Counted from the stretch's first letter, positions 15,805 through 23,775 are shown. The stretch is 32,000 bases of DNA from Pyrobaculum calidifontis JCM 11548 (GCF_000015805.1 NC_009073.1:510001-542000), one strand, 5' to 3'. Notes: generated by a model from the letters alone, not told the origin. Made by a program: numbers and translations.

Positions 15805-16027
15805 AAAGCCGCCTATCTCTGTACCCCACTAGGTAGATCCCGTTCACAAGTTTTCCAATGTCGTGTATATAGAAGTGGCACGGGGCCTTTGGCACTGTCA
15901 CAACTCTACCGCCGCTAAGCACTAGGAAGGTGTTGTAAGTCTCCCCAACCACCACGCCCCTGACTTTGTAGGAGCACTTGTATGTGGAAACTTCTCTCCC
16001 CAATAGGTCTAGACAACGGGGGCTCAA
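15785..16027 (-). CDS. rnp1: Short RNase P protein component 1 (Rpp29/Pop4)-like Sm-fold protein, 80 aa
   Basis: LLGREV...VRGVVVGETYNTFLVL...VTVPKAPCHFYI...LVNGIYLVG matches the Rpp29 core (G.V..ET.NT..i.....vPK...f). It sits in the conserved position immediately after L29. The TTG start overlaps the L29 stop (TTGA). Confidence 0.6.
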   Translation of the reverse strand: MSPRCLDLLGREVSTYKCSYKVRGVVVGETYNTFLVLSGGRVVTVPKAPCHFYIHDIGKLVNGIYLVGYRDRRLFTCGLL

Positions 16028-16263
16028 GCCTTAGCGCCGCCCTTCTCCGCTCGCGCGCCCGCCTTCGCCAGTTCTCTCTCAATAGTCAAAATCCTGGCGA
16101 TCATCCTCCTAACTTGCCTAATGCGTCCGGGCTTTTCGACGAACCCTCTTGACCTTTGTGTCTGTAGTTTTACAAGCTCTGCCCTAAGCTGATTCAAGAG
16201 CTCCCTCCGCTCCTCTGGCGACATCTCTCTCAAGGCCTTGGGCTTGAGCTTTCTCTCAGACAT
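16024..16263 (-). CDS. rpl29: 50S ribosomal protein L29 (uL29)
   Basis: LREMSPEERRELLNQLRAELVKLQTQ is typical of uL29. ATG start with TTTTAATAAA (16284-16293, minus strand) ~25 nt upstream. Confidence 0.9.
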   Translation of the reverse strand: MSERKLKPKALREMSPEERRELLNQLRAELVKLQTQRSRGFVEKPGRIRQVRRMIARILTIERELAKAGARAEKGGAKA

Positions 16264-16283
16264 AGGGCCAGTGTAAGTAGGCC

Positions 16284-16293
16284 TTTATTAAAA
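16284..16293 (-). promoter_or_regulatory. Internal TATA-like box (TTTTAATAAA) between S3 and L29
   Basis: Centred ~25 nt upstream of the L29 ATG 16263. It abuts the S3 stop codon. Confidence 0.45.
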
Positions 16294-16944
16294 TTATTGG
16301 GCGGCGGCCTCCGGCCTCGTAGGCGGCTTTATCTTATACTCGTCGGAGTACCGAAGCGTCGCTGGCGTAATTCTGACCTCTATGCCGTATATGCCAGGCT
16401 TCAGGAGGACGTGCACAACAGCCCTCCTCACCCGGTTCTTCGCATCATACCCTATCTTATACAACTTGCCGTACGTAATTTTTTCAAACTTGGCCCTCTC
16501 GGTGGAGAGCTTTCCGCTGACCACAATTTCAAAGCCCTTGGCCCCGGCCTCCATGAGCTGTCTAACTGCCACAAACATGACGCGCCTAAATCTAACCCCC
16601 CTAGCCATGGCGTTGGCAATTCTATACGCAACGACCTTGGGAAACAGCTCTGGGGCCTCTATCTTGGAGACGTCTATTACGTCGATCTGTGGATTCTCCA
16701 CGCCTAGCTTATTAGCCAAAATGCTACTAACCTCTTTCACTATGGCGCCTTTCCTCCCTATAATCCTGGAAGGCCTCTCGGCATATATGACAATACGCGT
16801 GCCAAGAGGAGTCTTCAAAATCTCGGAGTCTATGTAGCCGTATTTCGCAAGCCTGTACTCCAGGAACTCCTTAATCATCCACTTCTTCTTATTCTCCTCC
16901 AAGATCTTCTTGTAGACGGGCAACCTCCTCTGCGCAGTAGACAT
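16294..16944 (-). CDS. rps3: 30S ribosomal protein S3 (uS3)
   Basis: KH-domain pattern IIGRKGAIVKEV and overall uS3 similarity. The ORF track starts at GTG 16962. I prefer ATG 16944 (MSTAQRRLPVYKK...), which lies 25 nt from the TTTTAAAAATA box at 16964-16974. Confidence 0.9.
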   Translation of the reverse strand: MSTAQRRLPVYKKILEENKKKWMIKEFLEYRLAKYGYIDSEILKTPLGTRIVIYAERPSRIIGRKGAIVKEVSSILANKLGVENPQIDVIDVSKIEAPELFPKVVAYRIANAMARGVRFRRVMFVAVRQLMEAGAKGFEIVVSGKLSTERAKFEKITYGKLYKIGYDAKNRVRRAVVHVLLKPGIYGIEVRITPATLRYSDEYKIKPPTRPEAAAQ

Positions 16945-16963
16945 CGCCACAGACATAGGCACT

Positions 16964-16974
16964 ATTTTTAAAAC
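16964..16974 (-). promoter_or_regulatory. S3 TATA-like box (TTTTAAAAATA)
   Basis: Centred 25 nt upstream of ATG 16944. Confidence 0.5.
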
Positions 16975-17030
16975 TTTCTAAGACATACACCCTGGTGATG
17001 TAGATTCCTTTAAGGCGACGGGTGACCGAT

Positions 17031-17726
17031 TCACCCCTTGCTGAGCCTCCTCTTAAGCACCGTCTCCACAGCCTCAGGCAACTCCTCCAGCGAGTCTATC
17101 TCCGCGTCGGGCCTCGTAGAGGTGAGGTCGACGCCAAGTCTCTCGCCGTATACCCGCGCCGCCCTGTCCCAATCTCCGTAGAAGATAGTCAAGAGGCCGA
17201 AGCGTTGCGGGAAATATACGTCAAAGACGGCGTTGTCGCCTACCATTACATCGGCGCCTTGGAAGTATTGAGGGCACGTCTTAGGGCAGCCAAAGCGGTC
17301 CGACGTCCTGACGCCATCTATCAGCCCGTCTAAGCCGAGGTGTTTAATAACCACCATTTGATAAACAGCAAGGCCGTTGGTAGCAATTTCGACCCTGTGG
17401 CCAGCCTCCCTAAGCCTGCGCAACGCCTCAAATGCCCCCCTATTCACCCTAAACGTGTGGATGTGTTTGTACAAGACCTCCACCAAGTCTGGCACCTCCC
17501 GTGCCCCCAGCTCCTCTGCCACAGAGCGAAACAAGCTCTGCCAGTCAAAGGCCTCCACGGCGAAGGCCCTCATAAGTTCTAGATTCCTGCGCCGCGCCCT
17601 CTTCCACACCTCCTCAGCCGTGGCCCCCACCTGGCGGGCAATCCTCTCGCATACTTCTAAAAACACGGGCTCCCAAGCGTCGAGCGGGATGAGCGTCCCA
17701 TCCAAGTCCACTAGGACAGTAGCCAT
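17031..17726 (-). CDS. HAD-superfamily hydrolase
   Basis: Motif I is VLVDLDGTL, directly after ATG 17726. Motif IV is MVGDNAVFDV. The track start at 17810 adds 28 non-conserved residues inside the upstream gene. There is a 16-nt overlap with the UbiA-family gene. Confidence 0.75.
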   Translation of the reverse strand: MATVLVDLDGTLIPLDAWEPVFLEVCERIARQVGATAEEVWKRARRRNLELMRAFAVEAFDWQSLFRSVAEELGAREVPDLVEVLYKHIHTFRVNRGAFEALRRLREAGHRVEIATNGLAVYQMVVIKHLGLDGLIDGVRTSDRFGCPKTCPQYFQGADVMVGDNAVFDVYFPQRFGLLTIFYGDWDRAARVYGERLGVDLTSTRPDAEIDSLEELPEAVETVLKRRLSKG

Positions 17727-18550
17727 AGAGCCTCCACGACCAGCGCCACTAGTGTGACGCCAAACGCCGCGAGGGTGCCCCTCCTGTACCTCTCCCAAGC
17801 CCCCCTCCACGCAGAGGCGGAGAAGTAGAGGAGCAAGACCGAAGTCGCCGCGGCGCCAGTTGCCAAAATGTACAACCGCGAGTCAAGAGCCGCGGCCACC
17901 AGCCACAGCCCAATCGCCGCCGACAGCGCGGTCACAGACGCCCCCAGCTTGGCGGCCCTCTCCGGCCCCAGCAGAGAGGCGGCGGTCCTAACCCCGGCCC
18001 TCAGGTCGCCCTCAACGTCAATGGCCGTTTTCACAAACTCCCTGCCCAAATTTGCCACAAGCGAAGAGGCAAAGAGGAGCGCCAACACAGGCGAAAAGCC
18101 CCCAGCCGCCGCCATCCCATAGATATAAGTCATAGAGGTCAAAAACGCCACGATGAAGTTGCCCAAAAAGGGCACGCGCTTCAGCTTGGCGTTGTAGGCC
18201 GTGCCGAGGATTGCCGCAGATAAGTAGATGACAAGCGGCAGAAGGCCCAGCAGAGCCGCGGCCAGCGCGCCTGCAGAAAGCGAGCCGTACGCCACAGCCC
18301 TGGCCGCGCCCAAGCCCACCTCACCTGTCACCAGAGGAGCCCCCGGCCTATTGACCCTGTCCTCCTCCAAGTTGGCCAAGTCGTTGTGGGCAAACAACCC
18401 CGCCTCAGCTAAAAACGTGGAGACTGCCAACAGCGCAACTGCCTCAAGGCTCCTGCCGCCCGCGACCATGTAAGAGGCTGTGGAGGCTAAGGCGGCTAAA
18501 ACCCCGTGCTCCCCCCTGATGAGTCTCCACAATCCCAGTAGAGACGCCAC
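17711..18550 (-). CDS. UbiA-family prenyltransferase, digeranylgeranylglyceryl-phosphate-synthase-like
   Basis: Motifs [32 protein letters not shown] and [14 protein letters not shown], with ~8 TM helices. The start is uncertain: TTG 18589 in the track, or GTG 18550, which lies ~21 nt from the AT box at 18565-18576. Confidence 0.65.
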   Translation of the reverse strand: MASLLGLWRLIRGEHGVLAALASTASYMVAGGRSLEAVALLAVSTFLAEAGLFAHNDLANLEEDRVNRPGAPLVTGEVGLGAARAVAYGSLSAGALAAALLGLLPLVIYLSAAILGTAYNAKLKRVPFLGNFIVAFLTSMTYIYGMAAAGGFSPVLALLFASSLVANLGREFVKTAIDVEGDLRAGVRTAASLLGPERAAKLGASVTALSAAIGLWLVAAALDSRLYILATGAAATSVLLLYFSASAWRGAWERYRRGTLAAFGVTLVALVVEALWLLS

Positions 18551-18564
18551 GGGGCTGAGCAGAG

Positions 18565-18576
18565 AAATATTTATAA
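18565..18576. promoter_or_regulatory. Single AT box AAATATTTATAA between the divergent UbiA-family gene and L22
   Basis: The centre at 18570.5 lies 26.5 nt from the L22 GTG 18597 and 20.5 nt from the UbiA-family GTG 18550. Confidence 0.5.
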
Positions 18577-18596
18577 CCAACACTCCCAAGGGCCCC

Positions 18597-19151
18597 GTGC
18601 CCCACTTCCACTACTCTCTGACAGACGAACAAGCGGCAGAGCTGGTGTTTAAGAAGTACGGAGTAAGAATAACCCCAGAGCAGATAGCCAAGGCCTACGC
18701 CCCTGAGCAGAGAATGTCATGGAAAAAGAGCGTGGAAGTGGCCAGGTTTATCAAAGGGATGACTCTTAAACAGGCAAAGGCGTGGCTAGAGGACGTGGTA
18801 AAGCTAAAGAGACCAATCCCTATAAAGACATTCAAAAAGAAGCAGGCCCACCACGCAACGCCCTGGGAGGGGTGGCCAGTGGCCAAGTGGCCCGTAAAAG
18901 TGGCCAAGAGATACCTCCAACTCCTCGAAAACCTAGAAAACAACGCCAAGTTCAAAGGCCTCGACGTAGAGCGCCTAGTCATTATCCACGCCGCCGCCCA
19001 CAAGGGGATAAAAATCCCCAACATCATGCCGCGTGCCTTCGGTAGAGCAACACCATTCAACGAGGAGACAGTAAACGTGGAGATAGTAGCCGCAGAGCTC
19101 CCCAAGGAGGTTGTGCCAAAACGCTACAAGCTAAACCTAGTAAAACGCTAG
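18597..19151 (+). CDS. rpl22: 50S ribosomal protein L22 (uL22)
   Basis: [28 protein letters not shown]...IHAAAHKG...RAFGRATPF is typical of uL22. The track start at 18480 is antisense to the UbiA gene. GTG 18597 lies 26 nt from AAATATTTATAA (18565-18576). Confidence 0.85.
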   Translation: MPHFHYSLTDEQAAELVFKKYGVRITPEQIAKAYAPEQRMSWKKSVEVARFIKGMTLKQAKAWLEDVVKLKRPIPIKTFKKKQAHHATPWEGWPVAKWPVKVAKRYLQLLENLENNAKFKGLDVERLVIIHAAAHKGIKIPNIMPRAFGRATPFNEETVNVEIVAAELPKEVVPKRYKLNLVKR

Positions 19152-19609
19152 TCCTTAGGCAGACACCAAAGCCCCCTCTCCCTCTGCACAAACCCCCTCT
19201 TCCTCAACATCACACTGTTGAGATTCTTCCCATAAAGCCTGCGAATCTCTGAAAACGTGAGACAGCCATCCGGGCGCCTCTTCGCCTCCCTAATCACCGC
19301 GTCCCACCCCCCACCCGCCAGCTCGCCCGCAGGCAAGCTACGGAGAAAATCTCTGACAGCCCTCTCCACAGCGTGGACAACCCTCCTCTCCAAATCCCCC
19401 ACACTACGCGACACGGCCTGCTCCACCGCCTTAGCAACCCTCTCCTCAAGATTAGCAGAGGCAAAGACCTCCTCCACAATCTCCCTAATCCTGAGCTTAC
19501 AAGGCTGCTCCAGAAGCTTCACAATCACATCATCGAACGGCGCATCTGGCCGCGGGAGAAGACGCCTGAGACGCTCCACCAGAGACGGGTCCCTAATCTC
19601 GATATGCAT
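19148..19609 (-). CDS. Hypothetical protein: RHH-like N-terminus, internal helical repeat, basic C-terminal domain
   Basis: [18 protein letters not shown]...[10 protein letters not shown] resembles a strand/helix/helix RHH fold. Repeat pair [11 protein letters not shown] / [14 protein letters not shown] start with tandem TATA boxes upstream. Confidence 0.55.
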   Translation of the reverse strand: MHIEIRDPSLVERLRRLLPRPDAPFDDVIVKLLEQPCKLRIREIVEEVFASANLEERVAKAVEQAVSRSVGDLERRVVHAVERAVRDFLRSLPAGELAGGGWDAVIREAKRRPDGCLTFSEIRRLYGKNLNSVMLRKRGFVQRERGLWCLPKD

Positions 19610-19619
19610 AGGAGGAGAG

Positions 19620-19638
19620 TATATAAAACTATATAAAA
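19620..19638 (-). promoter_or_regulatory. Tandem duplicated TATA element (TATATAAAA x2 on the plus strand, TTTTATATA x2 on the minus strand)
   Basis: Copies at 19620-19628 and 19630-19638. Their centres lie 15 and 25 nt upstream of ATG 19609. Confidence 0.5.
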
Positions 19639-19658
19639 GTTACCGTGAAAAAAGGGGC

Positions 19659-20504
19659 TTACTTCTTGGCCTCCTCTACCATTCGCTTAGCCAACGTGTA
19701 TATCACCGGCGCCAGCAATATGCCCACCGCAATAGCCACGCCCCAGGCAACGTTCTGAACAACGTGCGCGGTCTGCGGAAACTCGGCAAATATAGCCCCA
19801 AGACCCACCATCAGAAACACTAAGTACACCAAGAACTTGGCATACGGAGCCACCCCAGCGAACTCTGGGTGATCCTCCACGATGTTACGCACAATAGTGT
19901 GCCCAATGAATATCCCAGCGCCAATAATGACGGTGCCAAGAATAAGCGGGTAGACAAGCGGACCAGTAAACAGCATCAAGTCCAGCGCGATAGAGACGAT
20001 CAACGCCACGAGGCCGATCAGCAACAAGTTCCTCAACATCTCCCCAATCTCCACAAACTGCTGGGGGAACAAGCCAGTAAGCAACTTCCCAATATAGTCA
20101 GTAAGAATGGCAACGAGAATTATGCCAACGCTCAGCAGAATAATGCCGCCAATCAGCCTAGGCAAATACCTAGCCACATCTGCGACAATTCTGCCCGCCT
20201 CTCCTCCAATCTTAAGATAATCCAATGCAATCACAATACCAATCACAATAACAAAAGCGGTCACCAACATGCCCACCAAATTCGACAAATCTACACCAGC
20301 AGCCCTAAACGCCTTACCCACATCAGTCTTGTCAAAAGCCTTCTCAAGCCCCGTCCTTTCCACAAGCCGATTAACCGCCTTCCCCAATATAATCCCCACA
20401 ACCCACGCAATTACAATTATACCTATAGCAATAAGGGCTTGCACTCCGTAGTAAATAGCGTTTTGCAATAACTGGTTCCAGTCAATTCCGAACTGTAGCA
20501 ACAT
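19659..20504 (-). CDS. Integral membrane protein with repeated conserved-TM-helix modules (MscS-N-terminal-like)
   Basis: 281 aa with six or more hydrophobic helices that repeat a pattern (...AIGIIVIAWVVGIILGKAVNRLV...). ATG start with GTTTATTAAG (20525-20534, minus strand) 26 nt upstream. Confidence 0.55.
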   Translation of the reverse strand: MLLQFGIDWNQLLQNAIYYGVQALIAIGIIVIAWVVGIILGKAVNRLVERTGLEKAFDKTDVGKAFRAAGVDLSNLVGMLVTAFVIVIGIVIALDYLKIGGEAGRIVADVARYLPRLIGGIILLSVGIILVAILTDYIGKLLTGLFPQQFVEIGEMLRNLLLIGLVALIVSIALDLMLFTGPLVYPLILGTVIIGAGIFIGHTIVRNIVEDHPEFAGVAPYAKFLVYLVFLMVGLGAIFAEFPQTAHVVQNVAWGVAIAVGILLAPVIYTLAKRMVEEAKK

Positions 20505-20596
20505 AACCTAGTTCTACGTATCGGCTTAATAAACCTTGCACTGTAAAGCGGCCGTATTAACAGTGTTAAAATGGGGACCACGGCGAGTTTTGTAAC

Positions 20597-20624
20597 GCGT
20601 GTTAGCTTGTGCGAGCTAACACGC
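20597..20624. repeat. Perfect 10-bp inverted repeat / hairpin GCGTGTTAGC-ttgtgcga-GCTAACACGC
   Basis: Read directly from the sequence. It lies in an otherwise unassigned 344-nt intergenic region. Confidence 0.8.
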
Positions 20625-20848
20625 CGATTTAAAAACCGGCGCAATAAGACCACACTCCCAGGGACAAATTGGCAAACCAGATATCCAAAAACTTGCGAAA
20701 TACAAGAGTCACATATAAGCACGACCATGGAAGTTTCCAATTGTGTATTGAGGAGATTAATTGCTAATACTGGGTATGTACTCATTAAAGATTTTATTAC
20801 ATTTTGGCTGCTTTCTAAACTTGGTTAGGGGTAAGGAAGTGTCTGTTT

Positions 20849-21061
20849 TTATTCTCTGACCTCTAGCCCAAGCGCCTTTGCTCTGTTTATTATCTTCTTG
20901 ACTTCTTCCCAGGACTTGGTTTTGTATATGTAGAATTTTCCCACGCGTTCTGCCTCTAGTCCTAGGGCCTCTTTTGCGTATAGGCCTAGTGCCACGACGT
21001 AGTAGCCGTCGGGGGTTTTGCGCTTTGAGGTCCAGACCTCTTTGAGGTCTGGCCCCTTCAC
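20849..21061 (-). CDS. Small basic hypothetical protein (70 aa) immediately downstream of korB
   Basis: The GTG start is 4 nt after the korB stop and has no TATA box of its own. Codon usage matches the neighbours. No recognisable motif. Confidence 0.45.
   Translation of the reverse strand: MKGPDLKEVWTSKRKTPDGYYVVALGLYAKEALGLEAERVGKFYIYKTKSWEEVKKIINRAKALGLEVRE
21032..21052. repeat. Perfect 9-bp inverted repeat with a 3-nt loop, CCAGACCTC-ttt-GAGGTCTGG
   Basis: Read directly from the sequence. It overlaps a 10-nt direct repeat CTTTGAGGTC (21023-21032 and 21040-21049). It sits 9 nt into the small ORF downstream of korB. Confidence 0.8.
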
Positions 21062-21065
21062 GGGG

Positions 21066-21947
21066 CTATTGAAACGCCTTCAGTACCTCCGCGGGATTTG
21101 GCTGAAGTTTTTGGTCTATTGGGGCGCCGCCCAGCAGTTTTACCCACTCCTCCTCATAGGTGGGCTTGTCTTCTGTGGCGTAGAAGATGCCTATTGGGAT
21201 TTTTCCGTAGGGGTCCAGGGTTGGCCACTCAAGTGCCCGTTTGTAGGCCTCGTAGTAGTTGGAGGGGTCGTGGCCCGCCTCCTCTAGCTTGTACACGCGG
21301 GCTCTGAACCAGTCGTATGTGTTTATTCTGTTGAAAGTGACGCAGGGGCTTAGGACGTCTACTAGCGCGAAGCCTCTGTGGGTTAGGGCCTTTTTAATCA
21401 CTGTGGTCAAGTGGGCGATGTCTCCGCTGAATCCTCTTGCCACGAAGGTGGCCCCGGCGGCTAGGGCCAGTGCGAGTGGGTTTACCGGCTCGTCTATTGC
21501 GCCGAAGGGCGTCGTCTTAGTCTTCACGCCTCTCAGAGTGGTTGGCGACATTTGGCCAGTGGTGAGTCCGTATACCTGGTTGTTGGACACTATGTACGTC
21601 AGCCCCACGTTGCGCCTGGCGGCGTGTATCATGTGGTTTAGCCCAATTCCATAGCCGTCTCCGTCTCCGCCTACCACGACTACCTTGAGCCTTGGATTTG
21701 CCAGTTTAACGCCTGTGGCTATGGCCACTGCTCTCCCGTGTATGCCGTGTATGCCGTACGTCTTCATGAAGTGGGGTAGTTGCGAGCTGCAGCCTATGCC
21801 TGAGACCACGACTACCTCGTGGTTTGGCACAGAGAGCTCCGCCAGGGCCCTCCTAAGCGCCTCTAATATGCCGTAGTCTCCGCAGCCGGGGCACCAGATG
21901 GGCGGCCTATTGACGGCGTAGTCCTGGGGCTTTAGCTGTATCTTCAT
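21066..21947 (-). CDS. korB: 2-oxoacid:ferredoxin oxidoreductase, beta (TPP-binding) subunit
   Basis: PIWCPGCGDYGIL and GGDGDGYGIG motifs. ATG 21947 overlaps the alpha-subunit stop as ATGA. The track start at GTG 21953 is the alternative. Confidence 0.9.
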   Translation of the reverse strand: MKIQLKPQDYAVNRPPIWCPGCGDYGILEALRRALAELSVPNHEVVVVSGIGCSSQLPHFMKTYGIHGIHGRAVAIATGVKLANPRLKVVVVGGDGDGYGIGLNHMIHAARRNVGLTYIVSNNQVYGLTTGQMSPTTLRGVKTKTTPFGAIDEPVNPLALALAAGATFVARGFSGDIAHLTTVIKKALTHRGFALVDVLSPCVTFNRINTYDWFRARVYKLEEAGHDPSNYYEAYKRALEWPTLDPYGKIPIGIFYATEDKPTYEEEWVKLLGGAPIDQKLQPNPAEVLKAFQ

Positions 21948-23569
21948 AGCCACTCGCCCAGCTCGTCTATGCTAAAGGGCTCTCCCCACCACTTTAACAC
22001 GCGCCTAGTCACTTTGACGCCTTTGCTTGCCAGATACTCGGCGAACTGCCCCCTGTAGTTTAGTTCGACGGCCACCACCTCCTTTGCCTCGTTTAGCCGT
22101 TGCGCCCACCCGTCGACGCTCAGCGGGTAGAGGTCTCTGAACAGCGCCAGGCCCACCTTTCTCCCCTTTGCGTAGTCTAGGAGGGGCATGGCGGTGGATC
22201 CCCAAGCCAGCGCCACTACGTCCCCCTCTTGTATCATCGGCGGCTCCATCTCTTCCACGATCTTGGTCAGCTTGACCATGCGCTTTTGGTGCATGGCCTT
22301 TCTTATGGCAGGCTGGTGGGTGTCTGTAATCACGTCGCCGCGCTCGTCGTGCTCGTCGCTTGTGGCTATGTGCATGCCCCCGGGGGTGCCCGGGAGGGCC
22401 CTCGGGGAGACTCCGCTCTCCGCTATCTTGTACCTCTTGTACTCCTCCCACACCAGGGGCCCCTGCAGTAGCTCCCCCCTCTCAATTTTGAACCTGTGGG
22501 GGTCGAACTCCACGGTTGCCAGCGACTCTGTGAAGTACAAGTCCACGAGCACGATCACAGGCACTTGGTACTTCTCGGCTATGTTAAAGGCTTTGGCGGT
22601 GGCGTAGAGCCCCTCCTCTATCCACCTCGGCGCTATGACCACGTGGGGGTACTCCCCGTGCGAGGGGGAGAGCGCCATGAGCAAGTCAGACTGCTCAGTC
22701 TCAGTGGGCACACCAGTGCTGGGCCCGCCCCTCTGCGCGAGAAAGACGACGAGAGGCGTCTCAATCATGGCGGCGAGTCCAAAGGCCTCGTGCATTAGGT
22801 CGAAGCCGCCGCCGGAGGTGCCCACCGCGGCTCTGACTCCCGCATAAGCGGCCCCTATGGCCATGTTTATTGCCGCAATTTCGTCCTCGGGCTGTACTAC
22901 CGCTACGCCGAATTTGGGCCCCCACTCCGCCAGCCAGTGCAAGATGGGGCTGGCCGGGGTCATGGGATACGCGGCGTAGAACTTCATGCCGGACATAACG
23001 GCGCCGACGGCAAGCGCCTCGGCCCCGGACATCAACACCCTGGGCTCGCCTACTCTTTTCACCTCGTAGACAGACCCCAGCCTCTTTAGTGCGGCGTCGT
23101 AGGCGGCCCTCAATACGGCTATGTTTGCCTCAGCTATCTTCTCCCCCCTCTCGCCGAACTCCCTCCTTATGACGCCCTCGATGGGCGTCAGCTCCATGCC
23201 TATGAGGGCCGCCAGTGCTCCAAGCGCCGCTGTGTTTCTCATGATTCTGTCGCCGTGCTTAACCGCGATTTCCGTGAAGGGTATTTCAGATTCCGAGATC
23301 ACGTGCCTGGCCCCACCTCTGTGCGCCTGTAGCGCCTTGTCGTTTAGGGCGACTAGTACGTCGTAGCTGCGCCACGTGCCGTGGCTATATATCTTCTCGT
23401 CGGACACTCTCACTTGGTAAAACATGGTGGGGTTGCCCTTTATGATGGATCCGTACTGCCTGTAGGCGAATACGTGGTACCCCAACTGGGCAAAGCTTTT
23501 GGCCAAGAGTCTTCCGACTGTTTCGACGCCCTCTCCTTGTGCCCCACTTATCCGAATCGTCAAATCCAC
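21944..23569 (-). CDS. korA: 2-oxoacid:ferredoxin oxidoreductase, fused gamma-alpha subunit (two-subunit crenarchaeal type)
   Basis: N-terminal gamma-like RISGAQGEGVETVGRLLA followed by an alpha domain (GAYAGVRAAVGTSGGGFDLM). GTG start with ATTTTAAT (23590-23597, minus strand) 24-25 nt upstream. Confidence 0.9.
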   Translation of the reverse strand: MDLTIRISGAQGEGVETVGRLLAKSFAQLGYHVFAYRQYGSIIKGNPTMFYQVRVSDEKIYSHGTWRSYDVLVALNDKALQAHRGGARHVISESEIPFTEIAVKHGDRIMRNTAALGALAALIGMELTPIEGVIRREFGERGEKIAEANIAVLRAAYDAALKRLGSVYEVKRVGEPRVLMSGAEALAVGAVMSGMKFYAAYPMTPASPILHWLAEWGPKFGVAVVQPEDEIAAINMAIGAAYAGVRAAVGTSGGGFDLMHEAFGLAAMIETPLVVFLAQRGGPSTGVPTETEQSDLLMALSPSHGEYPHVVIAPRWIEEGLYATAKAFNIAEKYQVPVIVLVDLYFTESLATVEFDPHRFKIERGELLQGPLVWEEYKRYKIAESGVSPRALPGTPGGMHIATSDEHDERGDVITDTHQPAIRKAMHQKRMVKLTKIVEEMEPPMIQEGDVVALAWGSTAMPLLDYAKGRKVGLALFRDLYPLSVDGWAQRLNEAKEVVAVELNYRGQFAEYLASKGVKVTRRVLKWWGEPFSIDELGEWL

Positions 23570-23589
23570 ACGTCTGCCTCGTTTTTGAG

Positions 23590-23597
23590 ATTAAAAT
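23590..23597 (-). promoter_or_regulatory. korA TATA-like box (ATTTTAAT)
   Basis: Centred 24.5 nt upstream of GTG 23569. Confidence 0.5.
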
Positions 23598-23707
23598 GTT
23601 ATGATGTATAATGTTCTATCACGTTGCACTAGGCGAGGCTATTTTGTGCACAGTTCCAGCTCTAATTACCGCCGTATTTCCACTGCCGCCGTCTACGCGC
23701 CGTGTTA

Positions 23708-23718
23708 AAGCTTATAAA
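23708..23718 (+). promoter_or_regulatory. tRNA-Val promoter (AAGCTTATAAA)
   Basis: The TATA core is centred ~25 nt upstream of tRNA position 1. Confidence 0.6.
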
Positions 23719-23775
23719 CTATGCCTAAACCACCACCTGGGGCCCGTAGTCTAGCGGTAGGATGCCCGCCTCACG

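Noticed and set aside
20423-20828. 120-aa (minus) and 85-aa (plus) ORFs in the 20505-20848 intergenic region
   Set aside because: The minus-strand ORF overlaps the 5' end of the membrane-protein gene out of frame. The plus-strand ORF has no correctly spaced TATA and has atypical composition. Neither has motifs. The region is reported as unassigned instead.
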